Positions 18,954-28,999 are shown, counted from the stretch's first letter. The stretch is DNA of 64,000 nucleotides from an uncultured Bacteroidales bacterium (GCA_964421595.1 CAYQXY010000004.1:9598-73597), one strand, 5' to 3'. Notes: generated by a model not told the origin, from the letters alone. Numbers and translations are program-made.

Positions 18954-21900
18954 ATGGATAAGGGTATTATCAGTGTATTCTTCGTATTTGCTTTTCTTTT
19001 CTGTGGATTAACACAGGTGTCGAAGGGACAGACGCATACAGGGAGAGAAACGGGACTTGAGGAAAGGGCCTTACGGAGACTAGGCAATGTGCATGAAATA
19101 TTTGAAGGCTGGCATCATGTCGGTGAATTCCGGATTGACAGCTTAAGAGTCGATTCGGGAGAACAGAATATTTCGATTTGGTTTAACCCTCACCTGACCA
19201 ACATTCCTCTCCGCTTTCCATGGATAGAAAGTCTCAGGTATCAGCTTGCAAGCCGACTGGGGTACAGATTCAGGGATTATCAACTTGATCTGTATTCACG
19301 GGGAAAGTTGCTCGAATATTTTATACCAAATTATTACAGGGAAAATTATCTCGGTCAAGATCCTGCAAGATCAGCTGGTCCATTAGACAGCCGCCGGATT
19401 GTTGCCAGGGAAGACGGGAGTGAATATGGCGGCGGACTTACAGGATCGCATATCGCAGTGTGGCCAAGCCATGGATACCATTATGATGCCGTAAATGACA
19501 GATGGGAATGGCAAAGGGCAAGGCTGCACGGAACCATTGAGGATATGTACACATATTCCTATACTCATCAGTTCCTGGTTCCAATGCTCGAAAATGCCGG
19601 GGCTTATGTGCTGATGCCCAGGGAACGGGATATCCAGCCACTGGAAGTGATTGTAGATAATGATGGTTCGTCCGAAGGGTCTGAACTGATAATCAGGCAT
19701 GGAGTTCAGGATATGTGGGAGACATTTCCCGGTGGGTTTGCCATGAAAGATACTCTTTTTGAAGGAGAGAACCCCTTCAAAAGCGGCAGCCATATGCGTA
19801 TCAGAACCAGCGGGTTTTCCGAGTCATCGCTCACCTATATACCAGATATTCCTGAAGATGGAAATTATGCAGTTTATATTTCTTGGGCGTTTGCGCCTGA
19901 TAACCTTTCACAGGTGAAATGCAGTATCATCCACAGCGGCGGGAGAACAGATTTCAGTGTTGACCAGACTATGGGTGCAGGTACCTGGATTTATCTTGGC
20001 ACATTTCACTTTTTGAAGGGTAAGGACATGGAAGCAGGTAGCCTGGTACTATCAGGCAACAGCAATGAAAAGGGTTATATTACAGCCGATGCTGTACGCT
20101 TTGGTGGTGGCATGGGAAATGTTGCACGGAAATCAGGCGAAGAATATTTTCCGGCACAATGGTCACTATATGATAGCCAGCCAGATGATATTACTGAAAG
20201 GAGGTCACTTGAGTTCATCCGGGAACCTTCATGGAAGCTCAGCGGCCGGCCCCGGTATATGGAAGGAGCCAGGTATTATCTCCAGTATGCCGGGATGCCC
20301 GATTCTACGGTCTACAGTATCAACAGAGGAAAAAATGACTATAATGACGATTTCATGTCGAGGGGAGAGTGGGTGAACTTTCTCATGGGTGCCCCGATGG
20401 AAGTAACCGGAGAGCCGGCACAAGACAGTCCACTAATACCAATCGACCTTGTCCTTGCTTTCCATACTGATGCAGGTGTTACCCCGAACGACTCTGTCAT
20501 CGGCACACTGGCCATATACAGCAGTGAGAGAAATGAAGGAGTTTTTTATAATGGACAGTCGCGGATGGCCGGCCGTGATCTGGCCGATATTGTCCAGTCG
20601 CAGATAATAACTGATATCAGAATGCAGGTTAATGAAAACTGGACGCGTCGCGGTTTGTGGGACCGTCAGTACTCAGAGGCCTGGAGACCTCAGGTGCCGG
20701 CTATGCTTCTTGAACTTCTTTCCCATCAGAACCTCGCCGATCTTAGTTACGGGCTGGATCCAAGGTTCAGGTTCCTTGTCAGTCGCTCGATATATAAGGG
20801 CATACTGCGTTACCTGGCCTCTGGTCAGGGCAGGGAAGCAATTATTCAACCACTGCCTCCTGTTTTGATGGCTCTGGAATTTGCCGGTCAGCGACGTGTG
20901 AGGCTTAGCTGGGATGAAAATCATGATCCTCTTGAACCTACGGCCGGAGCGGATTATTACAAGGTATATATGAGTGTCGGACAATCAGGTTTTGATAATG
21001 GAAGAATTGTTAATAATAAATATACTGAGATAGAACTGCCTGAAGGGGGAGAGATATATAACTTCAGGGTAACCGCCATTAATGATGGAGGAGAGAGCAT
21101 GCCGGGTGAGACTCTTTCAACTTCTTCAGGTTATGATGATAAAAAACCGGTTTTGATTGTGAATGCTTTTACGCGATTGTCACCTCCCGCAATATTTGAT
21201 ACAGGTGAACAGGCCGGATTAGCCCGGTGGGAGGATAATGGTGTTGCCGACCGGTACGATATCAGCCATACTGGTGAGCCGTATGATTACCGGCGATCGA
21301 GCTTGTGGCTGGATGACGATAGTCCGGGATGGGGAGCAAGCTACGCCGATATGGAAGGAAAAATTATAAGGGGAAACAGTTTTGATTTACCTTTGCTTTA
21401 TGGGCGTTCACTGCAGGAGGGAGGCTACCCCTTTGTTTCGACAAGTAAGAAAGCCTTTGAATTTGGTATTCATAATCCCGAAGATTTTTCGGCGGTAATA
21501 ATGATATTCGGTAAAGAGCGCGGACAGCAGCGATGGGATGAGCCGGGGGTAACAGAATACAGGGTTTTTACACCGGCAATAATGGATGAACTGCGGAGCT
21601 TTGCAGAAAAGGGGGGGAATATATTTGTTTCAGGTGCTTACACAGGTACAGATATGGTTGAGAACAATGACACCATGGCGATAACTTTTGCAAGGGATGT
21701 TCTGGGTTTTACATGGAGGTCAGATTTTGCGACAAACAGGGGCGGTGTTTATGCCACAGATCAGTGTCCTCCTTCGTTTCCGCAACAGTTGACTTTTAAT
21801 TCAGGTTATAACCCTGAAATTTACACGGTTGAAGCGCCGGATGCCATAGAACCTGCCGGAGAAGATTCATGGAGAATTTACAGGTACTCTTCCGGCAGAA

Positions 21901-22040
21901 CAAGTGCCGGAGTATTAAAGAATGGCCATCACAGGACAGTAGTGCTGGGTTTTCCTTTTGAGACCATTATCTCTGAACAAAAGAGGCATGAACTTATGAG
22001 AGAGGTAATGAGATTTTTTGAAATTAACCAATCAGAATAA
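18954..22040 (+). CDS. Secreted multidomain N-acetylmuramoyl-L-alanine amidase-like protein (amidase_3 split by a golvesin-C-like domain, Fn3, unknown C-terminal domain)
   Basis: Signal peptide. Amidase-type motifs LAFHTDAG and PAMLLELLSHQN. Inserted domain DGNYAVYISW...VDQTMGAGTWIYLGTFHF...ITADAVRFGG. Fn3-like VRLSWDEN...YNFRVTAINDGGES. Confidence 0.7.
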   Translation: MDKGIISVFFVFAFLFCGLTQVSKGQTHTGRETGLEERALRRLGNVHEIFEGWHHVGEFRIDSLRVDSGEQNISIWFNPHLTNIPLRFPWIESLRYQLASRLGYRFRDYQLDLYSRGKLLEYFIPNYYRENYLGQDPARSAGPLDSRRIVAREDGSEYGGGLTGSHIAVWPSHGYHYDAVNDRWEWQRARLHGTIEDMYTYSYTHQFLVPMLENAGAYVLMPRERDIQPLEVIVDNDGSSEGSELIIRHGVQDMWETFPGGFAMKDTLFEGENPFKSGSHMRIRTSGFSESSLTYIPDIPEDGNYAVYISWAFAPDNLSQVKCSIIHSGGRTDFSVDQTMGAGTWIYLGTFHFLKGKDMEAGSLVLSGNSNEKGYITADAVRFGGGMGNVARKSGEEYFPAQWSLYDSQPDDITERRSLEFIREPSWKLSGRPRYMEGARYYLQYAGMPDSTVYSINRGKNDYNDDFMSRGEWVNFLMGAPMEVTGEPAQDSPLIPIDLVLAFHTDAGVTPNDSVIGTLAIYSSERNEGVFYNGQSRMAGRDLADIVQSQIITDIRMQVNENWTRRGLWDRQYSEAWRPQVPAMLLELLSHQNLADLSYGLDPRFRFLVSRSIYKGILRYLASGQGREAIIQPLPPVLMALEFAGQRRVRLSWDENHDPLEPTAGADYYKVYMSVGQSGFDNGRIVNNKYTEIELPEGGEIYNFRVTAINDGGESMPGETLSTSSGYDDKKPVLIVNAFTRLSPPAIFDTGEQAGLARWEDNGVADRYDISHTGEPYDYRRSSLWLDDDSPGWGASYADMEGKIIRGNSFDLPLLYGRSLQEGGYPFVSTSKKAFEFGIHNPEDFSAVIMIFGKERGQQRWDEPGVTEYRVFTPAIMDELRSFAEKGGNIFVSGAYTGTDMVENNDTMAITFARDVLGFTWRSDFATNRGGVYATDQCPPSFPQQLTFNSGYNPEIYTVEAPDAIEPAGEDSWRIYRYSSGRTSAGVLKNGHHRTVVLGFPFETIISEQKRHELMREVMRFFEINQSE

Positions 22041-22052
22041 AATATTTTAATA

Positions 22053-23543
22053 ATGAAATTTATGGAAAAGCGAATTACCGTTTTTATGCCGGCAGGTGAT
22101 CACCGAGATCTTCAGATGAATTTAGGACAGTTTGAAGAAGAAGGCACCATCTCTAAGGTTTTCCTTTCCGGTGAATCGGAGAATTTAAAAATACAGCTTA
22201 CCGGCAAGGCTAATATGGCTGATATACCGTCTCTTACCTCTACTTCAGCTGTTAAGAAGATGGCTTCGGTAGCTGAAACTGAGTATGTGCTTATCTGCAC
22301 CAGGCCCTTTCCCCTCCGGCTCGGGGAAAACTGCCTTCAAAGAATGCTTCAGGTTGCAGATGATACAGGAGCAGGGATGGTATATTCAGATTATTATGAA
22401 ATAAAAGAGGGGAAAATGATTCCCCATCCGGTTATTGATTATCAGCAGGGCAGTCTGCGTGATGATTTCAATTTCGGTTCCCTTATGTTCTTCCGGACAT
22501 CGGGGTTAAGGAATGCGGCAAAAAACATGAATGAGGAGTACCAGTTTGCTGCACTCTATGATCTGAGACTGAAAGTATCGCAAAAGGATTCAATTTTCCG
22601 GATACCGGAATTTTTATACGCTGAAATGGAAGCCGATTCCAGGCTTTCCGGGCAAAAGATGTTCGATTATGTAGACCCCAGGAACAGGCATGTGCAGATA
22701 GAAATGGAAAAAGCATGCACAGCTCACCTCAAAGAAACCGGTGCATGGCTTAAACCTGTGTTCAGGCCTGCCGGACTTACTGGTGGTGAATTCCCTGTTG
22801 AAGTTTCTGTGATAATACCTGTCAGAAACAGGGTTAAGACTATTCAGGATGCCGTCGATTCAGTTCTGAGTCAAAAAACCTCATTTAACTTTAATCTGAT
22901 AATAGTAGATAACCACTCCTCAGATGGCACAACCGAACTGCTGAATAAACTTTCCGGCACCGACAAGAGAATTATACATATTATACCTTCCCGTGATGAC
23001 CTCGGTATTGGCGGATGCTGGAATCTTGGAGTTTTTCATCCACAATGCGGACGGTTTGCTATCCAGCTTGACAGCGATGATATCTACATTGATAACAATG
23101 TGCTGCAGAAAATAACAGATGAGTTTTACAGGCAGGATTGCGTAATGATTGTCGGAAGCTATAAAATGGTTAATTTTAATCTCGAAGAGATACCTCCCGG
23201 ACTCATTGACCATCGTGAATGGACACCTGAAAACGGGCGCAACAATGCCTTGCGTATAAACGGTCTTGGTGCACCCAGGGCTTTTTACACCCCGGTTATC
23301 AGGGAAACAGGACTTCCCAATGTAAGTTATGGCGAGGATTATGCTCTTGGACTGGCTGTTTCACGAAACTATCAGATTGGAAGAATATATGAGCCGCTGT
23401 ATCTGTGCAGGAGATGGGATGAAAATACTGATTCTGCACTTGATATAAGTAAACTGAATACACACAATACTTATAAGGACAGGGTAAGGACTATTGAATT
23501 TCTGGCCAGAATATCGATGAACAATAAGTTTGATGGCAATTAA
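22053..23543 (+). CDS. Glycosyltransferase family 2 protein with an extra N-terminal GT-A-like half
   Basis: C-terminal GT2 signature VSVIIPVRNRVKTIQDAVDSVLSQ...IIVDNHSSDGT...QLDSDD. No signal peptide. Confidence 0.8.
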   Translation: MKFMEKRITVFMPAGDHRDLQMNLGQFEEEGTISKVFLSGESENLKIQLTGKANMADIPSLTSTSAVKKMASVAETEYVLICTRPFPLRLGENCLQRMLQVADDTGAGMVYSDYYEIKEGKMIPHPVIDYQQGSLRDDFNFGSLMFFRTSGLRNAAKNMNEEYQFAALYDLRLKVSQKDSIFRIPEFLYAEMEADSRLSGQKMFDYVDPRNRHVQIEMEKACTAHLKETGAWLKPVFRPAGLTGGEFPVEVSVIIPVRNRVKTIQDAVDSVLSQKTSFNFNLIIVDNHSSDGTTELLNKLSGTDKRIIHIIPSRDDLGIGGCWNLGVFHPQCGRFAIQLDSDDIYIDNNVLQKITDEFYRQDCVMIVGSYKMVNFNLEEIPPGLIDHREWTPENGRNNALRINGLGAPRAFYTPVIRETGLPNVSYGEDYALGLAVSRNYQIGRIYEPLYLCRRWDENTDSALDISKLNTHNTYKDRVRTIEFLARISMNNKFDGN

Positions 23544-24510
23544 GACAAATACAATTGAGGGAGCTGATGCGCAACGGGTCGAGAATCTGTTTGTGTCGCA
23601 GTTAAGGGACTGGAAACTGGCAGGTGACAATTACAGGGACCTGGAAAAGGTGATGACACGTACTTTGTTGCTGGAGGCCGGCCGCCATATAAGAATCCAG
23701 TATAACCCCGCCAGGATGATATCGTCAGCTGCCAGCGTCGACAAAAAGTCTGTCAGTGAACGACCCTGCTTTCTTTGTTCTTCAAATCTTCCTGTTGAAC
23801 AAAAGGGCCTCGATTTTAACGGACGTTATAAAATCCTGGTTAATCCATTTCCAATTTTCCCAAGGCATTTAACTATTCCCCTTAATGAGCATGTCGACCA
23901 GCTGATTGCCGGCCGGTTCAGTGACATGCTTGAGCTGGCGGAAGTACTTGAGGGTTTTACAGTCTTTTATAATGGTCCCCGATGCGGTGCAAGTGCCCCC
24001 GATCACTTCCACTTCCAGGCAGGAAATAAAGGGTTCATGCCTGTTGAGCAGGAAACAGGCCTTCATCAACTTAAAGTCATTGACGAAGTCAGGGGGTGCC
24101 GGATAATGAGCATGGAGCGAACCTGCCGGAATTCTGTCGTCCTTTCCGGAATGAATATTGAAGTTTTGACCGCCGTTTTCAATGAAATTTACAATATATT
24201 GCACAGTCTGATGCCTGAACGGGAAGAAGAACCTATGATCAATATACTGGCTTATAAGGAAGGTGATGGGTTCATAGTATGTATCTTTCCCCGAAAGGCT
24301 CACAGGCCGGCGCAATTCTTTGAAAAAGATGAGGGCCGGATACTGATTAGTCCCGCTTCGGTCGATTTTGGCGGTGTCATGATCACTCCCCGGTTTGAAG
24401 ATTATGAAAAGCTGGATACCGCTATTGTAAAGGATATTTTCAGGCAGGTAACAATGGGTATTCAGGAATGGGACAGGCTGATATCGATTCTGGAAAAGAC
24501 TGACTTCTAA
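23530..24510 (+). CDS. DUF4922-like HIT-superfamily nucleotidyltransferase/phosphorylase (GDP-hexose phosphorylase/GalT branch)
   Basis: The motif APDHFHFQAG is the HxHxQ HIT variant. Its start overlaps the GT2 stop by 14 nt. Confidence 0.65.
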   Translation: MMAIKTNTIEGADAQRVENLFVSQLRDWKLAGDNYRDLEKVMTRTLLLEAGRHIRIQYNPARMISSAASVDKKSVSERPCFLCSSNLPVEQKGLDFNGRYKILVNPFPIFPRHLTIPLNEHVDQLIAGRFSDMLELAEVLEGFTVFYNGPRCGASAPDHFHFQAGNKGFMPVEQETGLHQLKVIDEVRGCRIMSMERTCRNSVVLSGMNIEVLTAVFNEIYNILHSLMPEREEEPMINILAYKEGDGFIVCIFPRKAHRPAQFFEKDEGRILISPASVDFGGVMITPRFEDYEKLDTAIVKDIFRQVTMGIQEWDRLISILEKTDF

Positions 24511-24527
24511 ATTTAAATTATATTAAA

Positions 24528-25862
24528 ATGCAACCACAAATTAGTGTAGGTATACTTTTTTCCAAACAGGTTACCTTTATTTTGAACGGACGATATCGTC
24601 ATATTGAAAGTGGTATTGAATTTGAAGGTCCGGGAAAAGCAGTGATCGACAATGGAAAACTGCTGTTTGCAATAGGCAACAGTATAGTGAATGCCCGGTT
24701 TCCCATTGTGATGGAACCCATTTCATATGAAGGCTCAAGTTTTGACCTTAAGGAAGTTACAATTGGCATCAACTTTCACTGGGAAAGAAAAGAGGATCAG
24801 AGATTCAGGGGTTCACTGAGCATTATTGAAGAGAACGGACATCTTACGGCCATTAATATACTACCTCTTGAAGATTATCTTATAAGCGTCATTTCATCTG
24901 AAATGAGCGCCACATCATCTTCCGAACTGCTCAGAGCTCATGCAGTGGTTTCCCGCAGCTGGCTCCTCGCCCAGAAAGAGAAGGAGGAAAAATTAAAAGG
25001 TTCGGGCGAATATATTACCACACTTGAAAAGCCCGGCGAGGTTATAAGATGGTATGACCGGGAGGATCACCGTAATTTCGATGTTTGTGCTGACGATCAT
25101 TGTCAGAGATATCAGGGAATAACCAGGGCAGGTAACAGCAATGTTGAAGAGGCTGTAAATTCAACTTCCGGCAGCGTAATTGTATATGACGGAAATATTT
25201 GCGATGCCCGCTACTCCAAATGCTGTGGTGGCATAAGTGAGAGGTTCGAAAACGTTTGGGAACCGGTGGTGCATCCATATCTTACGAAAGTAATTGATAA
25301 TCCAGATGACCCTGAAGGTTTTGCTACCGATCTTGTAAATGAAGAAAATGCGAAGGCATGGATAAACGGTTACCCCGAAGCATTTTGTAATACAAAAAGC
25401 AGGTATATCCTGAGCCAGGTGTTGAACGACTATGATCAGGAGACTTTTGATTTTTTTCGTTGGACAGTAAATTATACCCAGCAGGATGTAAAAGAACTTT
25501 TAAAAAAGAAGGTTGGGCTTGACCTTGGGGATATTCTTGATATGGTGCCCGTTGAGAGAGGGGTGTCGGGGCGCCTGGTAAGACTTGAAATCAAAGGGAC
25601 AAATGGCTCAATGATACTGGGTAAGGAGCTGGAAATCAGGAAAGCCCTTTCAGCTTCTCATCTTTACAGTTCTGCATTTATAATCGAGAAGATAGATGGC
25701 GAAAACGGGATCCCTTCAGCATTTACGCTGAAAGGTGCAGGCTGGGGCCATGGAGTGGGGTTGTGCCAGATAGGTGCTGCGGTTATGGGTTCGGGAGGTT
25801 TCTCATATAAGGATATACTAACACACTATTTCCCCGGTGCTGAACTGGTCAAACGCTATTGA
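24528..25862 (+). CDS. SpoIID/LytB domain protein (lytic transglycosylase/amidase-enhancer family)
   Basis: SEMSATSSSELLRAHAVVSRSW, DDHCQRYQG, YSKCCGG and GHGVGLCQIGA motifs. The N-terminus MQPQISVGILFSKQ does not look like a signal peptide. Confidence 0.8.
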   Translation: MQPQISVGILFSKQVTFILNGRYRHIESGIEFEGPGKAVIDNGKLLFAIGNSIVNARFPIVMEPISYEGSSFDLKEVTIGINFHWERKEDQRFRGSLSIIEENGHLTAINILPLEDYLISVISSEMSATSSSELLRAHAVVSRSWLLAQKEKEEKLKGSGEYITTLEKPGEVIRWYDREDHRNFDVCADDHCQRYQGITRAGNSNVEEAVNSTSGSVIVYDGNICDARYSKCCGGISERFENVWEPVVHPYLTKVIDNPDDPEGFATDLVNEENAKAWINGYPEAFCNTKSRYILSQVLNDYDQETFDFFRWTVNYTQQDVKELLKKKVGLDLGDILDMVPVERGVSGRLVRLEIKGTNGSMILGKELEIRKALSASHLYSSAFIIEKIDGENGIPSAFTLKGAGWGHGVGLCQIGAAVMGSGGFSYKDILTHYFPGAELVKRY

Positions 25863-25897
25863 ATTCAATCTAATTCTCATACACTATTTTAATATCA

Positions 25898-27739
25898 ATG
25901 AAGAAAGTCAGTCACCGTTCTCCATGGGCCTGGATCCCAAGTCTTTATTTTGCCCAGGGCATTCCCTATGTCGTTGTAATGACCGTTTCGGTAATTATGT
26001 ATAAAAGGCTTGGCATATCGAATACCGATATAGCCTTATACACAAGCTGGCTTTATCTCCCATGGGTCATCAAACCTTTCTGGAGTCCTGTAGTTGATCT
26101 TTTCAGAACAAAAAGATGGTGGATCGTCATAATGCAGCTCTTTGTCGGTGCCGGACTTGCCGGGGTGGCATTTACAATACCCGGGCCTGCTTTTTTCCAG
26201 TATACACTGGCTTTTTTCTGGCTTCTTGCCTTTAGCTCAGCTACTCACGATATTGCCGCAGACGGGTTTTATATGCTTGGTCTTAAGGAACATGAGCAGG
26301 CATACTTTGTAGGTATAAGAAGTACTTTTTACAGATTTGCCATGATAACCGGACAGGGATTGCTGATAATTCTTGCCGGATCTATTGAGACCCGCACCGG
26401 ACTGGAGCCAGTAAGATTCACGGTCAGTGCCAGCCCGGAAATTCAGGAGGTTGTCTATGGATCGACAGGAGGTGATACAGGCAATGCTGAAAGAAATTTT
26501 GTTATTACTGCCACCGAACTTGCTTTGCCTGTCGGTAACCTGCCGGCTCAGCAAGCTGACAGTATCAGACAGTGGGCAGATATGCAAAATCTTGTAAACG
26601 GATTTGTGCTGCCCGACCGTGAAGTTGAGCAGAGGGTATCATGGTTTACCCGTACTGTCTCGCAGCCTTTCGGTGAATGGCTGAAGAGAAGTTTAGGGAC
26701 CCGGGAACAGGATATCAATTATGCAACAGCAACAAGGGGGCAAATCGGCCTGACAGGTGTTTCACTATCATCAGCGCCCCAGCCTGGTGATGAGGTAGTG
26801 CTCAACACAGTTTTTCAGAGGGGTGACGGCAGTATCAGACTGGTCAGTGGAGAAAGGCTGGTTTTTAATTCGTCAAACTGGAACCAGACAGGATGGATAG
26901 TAGTCCAGCTTGATCCGGCACTTGACCGGGAAGCCGAAGCCTTCTTCGAAGGATTGTCAGGAAATATTCCTCTGGCATGGTCTGTCACGTTTTTCTTCCT
27001 TACAGGAATGTTCTTGCTCTTTATGATTTACCACAGATTTTTTCTGCCTTATCCGGCTTCCGATACTGCCGCAGTTTCCGATGATAATCAGAATATCATT
27101 AAAGAATTTGCAGGAACATTCACTTCATTCTTTAAAAAAGCAAATATCGGACCTGCACTTGCCTTTCTTCTGCTGTACAGGTTGGGTGAAGCACAGCTGG
27201 TCAAGATGGCTTCGCCGTTTATGCTTGATCCGAGGGAGGCCGGGGGACTGGGACTGACAACGGGTGAAGTGGGCCTGATATATGGTACCATCGGTATTGT
27301 GGCGCTAACTCTGGGAGGTATACTCGGTGGTGTAATGGCATCAAAAAAAGGCCTTAAATACTGGATATTTCCAATGGCTCTTGCAATTAACATTCCCAAT
27401 ATCGTGTATGTTTTGCTTTCAAGATTTTCACCTGATGCCTTCTGGATAATATCAAGCGGCGTTGCTTTGGAACAGTTTGGTTATGGGTTCGGATTTACAG
27501 CCTATATGCTGTTTATGATACATTTTTCAGAAGGCAGTCATAAGACAGCTCATTTTGCTTTTTGTACCGGATTTATGGCGCTGGGAATGATGCTGCCGGG
27601 AATGATCTCCGGCTGGATACAGGAAATAGTAGGATACTACAATTTCTTTATCTGGGTTCTGATATGCACTATACCGGGCTTTATTACAATAATGTACCTT
27701 AAAATAGACCCTGGTTTCGGGGTTAAGAAAAAGGACTGA
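25898..27739 (+). CDS. ampG: AmpG-family MFS muropeptide permease with a ~190-aa insertion
   Basis: AmpG-like N-terminus (WIPSLYFAQGIPYVVV...LPWVIKPFWSPVVD). 613 aa. A non-hydrophobic insert covers about residues 164-356. Confidence 0.75.
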   Translation: MKKVSHRSPWAWIPSLYFAQGIPYVVVMTVSVIMYKRLGISNTDIALYTSWLYLPWVIKPFWSPVVDLFRTKRWWIVIMQLFVGAGLAGVAFTIPGPAFFQYTLAFFWLLAFSSATHDIAADGFYMLGLKEHEQAYFVGIRSTFYRFAMITGQGLLIILAGSIETRTGLEPVRFTVSASPEIQEVVYGSTGGDTGNAERNFVITATELALPVGNLPAQQADSIRQWADMQNLVNGFVLPDREVEQRVSWFTRTVSQPFGEWLKRSLGTREQDINYATATRGQIGLTGVSLSSAPQPGDEVVLNTVFQRGDGSIRLVSGERLVFNSSNWNQTGWIVVQLDPALDREAEAFFEGLSGNIPLAWSVTFFFLTGMFLLFMIYHRFFLPYPASDTAAVSDDNQNIIKEFAGTFTSFFKKANIGPALAFLLLYRLGEAQLVKMASPFMLDPREAGGLGLTTGEVGLIYGTIGIVALTLGGILGGVMASKKGLKYWIFPMALAINIPNIVYVLLSRFSPDAFWIISSGVALEQFGYGFGFTAYMLFMIHFSEGSHKTAHFAFCTGFMALGMMLPGMISGWIQEIVGYYNFFIWVLICTIPGFITIMYLKIDPGFGVKKKD

Positions 27740-27784
27740 CAAGTGAAATAAAAATTGTAAAAGTCTGATATTTAAGGAACCTTA

Positions 27785-28999
27785 TTAATAGATAAAGTAT
27801 TCACTTGCTTTCTGAACAAACAATTCAGTATCGCGGTTCCATAAATCAATAATATCCTCAACCATGAACCGCTGGCTGAACCTGAGCCTTATCTGGTCGC
27901 TTCCGGTTACCTTGTCAAACATATCGTGCCTTGCCGGGGCAAGATCAAAATGATTCCTGTCGGGGTACAAAACATACAACTCCTGCATTATGTAAAACTG
28001 TACAAGTGACAAATGGGCACTGGAAATATCTTTTAAGTGTATCTGGACCCCATGTACCATTATATCCTTTAACACACTGTAATAAGGCCTGTAGTGAACC
28101 GGCCTGAAAATAACTCCAGGCAGCTCCAGATCATTTAGTCTGCCGGCAAGTTTACCGGCATCGATCCAGTCAGCCGCCACCATCTGGAATGGCAGGGTAT
28201 AGCCAACCCCGATATTATAGATATAAAGCTCACCGAGAATTCCCGAAACCGGGTAGTAATATGAAGAATGTGCATGAGGAATATGTGGGGAAGCCGGCAC
28301 CCATGGAAGTCCTGTGTCTTCGAACATCATATCCCTATGCCACCCCTCCATTTCTATAACGGTAAGGTTGACCCTGTGTGAAAGCAGACCTTCACAATTA
28401 AGAAAAACTGCCAGCTCTCCAACTGTGAAACCATGGACATAAGGAATCGGAAACTGGCTGACAAATGAGGTGAATTCCTTTTCAACAAGCGGCCCTTCAA
28501 ATTTATTTCCCCCAAGTGGATTTGGCCTGTCAAGTACCATAAACTCAATATTGTTTTCGGCTGCTGCCTCCATGGCCAGGCCCAGAGTACTTATATATGT
28601 GTATGAACGGGATCCTATATCCTGGATGTCAAATATAAGAATTTCTATACCTTCAAGCATTTCCGGCGTTGGCTTGCGCGTAGCTCCGTAAAGGCTGTAT
28701 ACCGGCAGTCCGGTGTGCGGGTCAAAGATATTATCTACCTTTGCCCCGGCAGAAAAATCTCCCCTGATCCCGTGCTCAGGCCCGAATAGTGCAACCAGTT
28801 CAACCTGAGTGGCTTTGTGCAGTATGTCTGCCGTGGAAACAAGCTGGCTGTTAACACCGGTGGGATTGGTAATTAATCCGGCCCTCTTTCCTTTCAACGG
28901 TTCATAATCTTGTTCTGCCAGCATTTCTATGCCGGTTTTTACCTGTGCAGAGAGGGGCATAAAAGTAAATATCAGAAAAAAATAAATTAGCAATCTCAT
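27785..28999 (-). CDS. namZ: DUF1343 / exo-beta-N-acetylmuramidase NamZ-like protein
   Basis: From the internal ATG, giving MRLLIYFFLIFTFMPLSAQ (signal peptide). YbbC/NamZ-type GLITNPTGVNSQL...LFGPEHGIRGD. Confidence 0.8.
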   Translation of the reverse strand: MRLLIYFFLIFTFMPLSAQVKTGIEMLAEQDYEPLKGKRAGLITNPTGVNSQLVSTADILHKATQVELVALFGPEHGIRGDFSAGAKVDNIFDPHTGLPVYSLYGATRKPTPEMLEGIEILIFDIQDIGSRSYTYISTLGLAMEAAAENNIEFMVLDRPNPLGGNKFEGPLVEKEFTSFVSQFPIPYVHGFTVGELAVFLNCEGLLSHRVNLTVIEMEGWHRDMMFEDTGLPWVPASPHIPHAHSSYYYPVSGILGELYIYNIGVGYTLPFQMVAADWIDAGKLAGRLNDLELPGVIFRPVHYRPYYSVLKDIMVHGVQIHLKDISSAHLSLVQFYIMQELYVLYPDRNHFDLAPARHDMFDKVTGSDQIRLRFSQRFMVEDIIDLWNRDTELFVQKASEYFIY

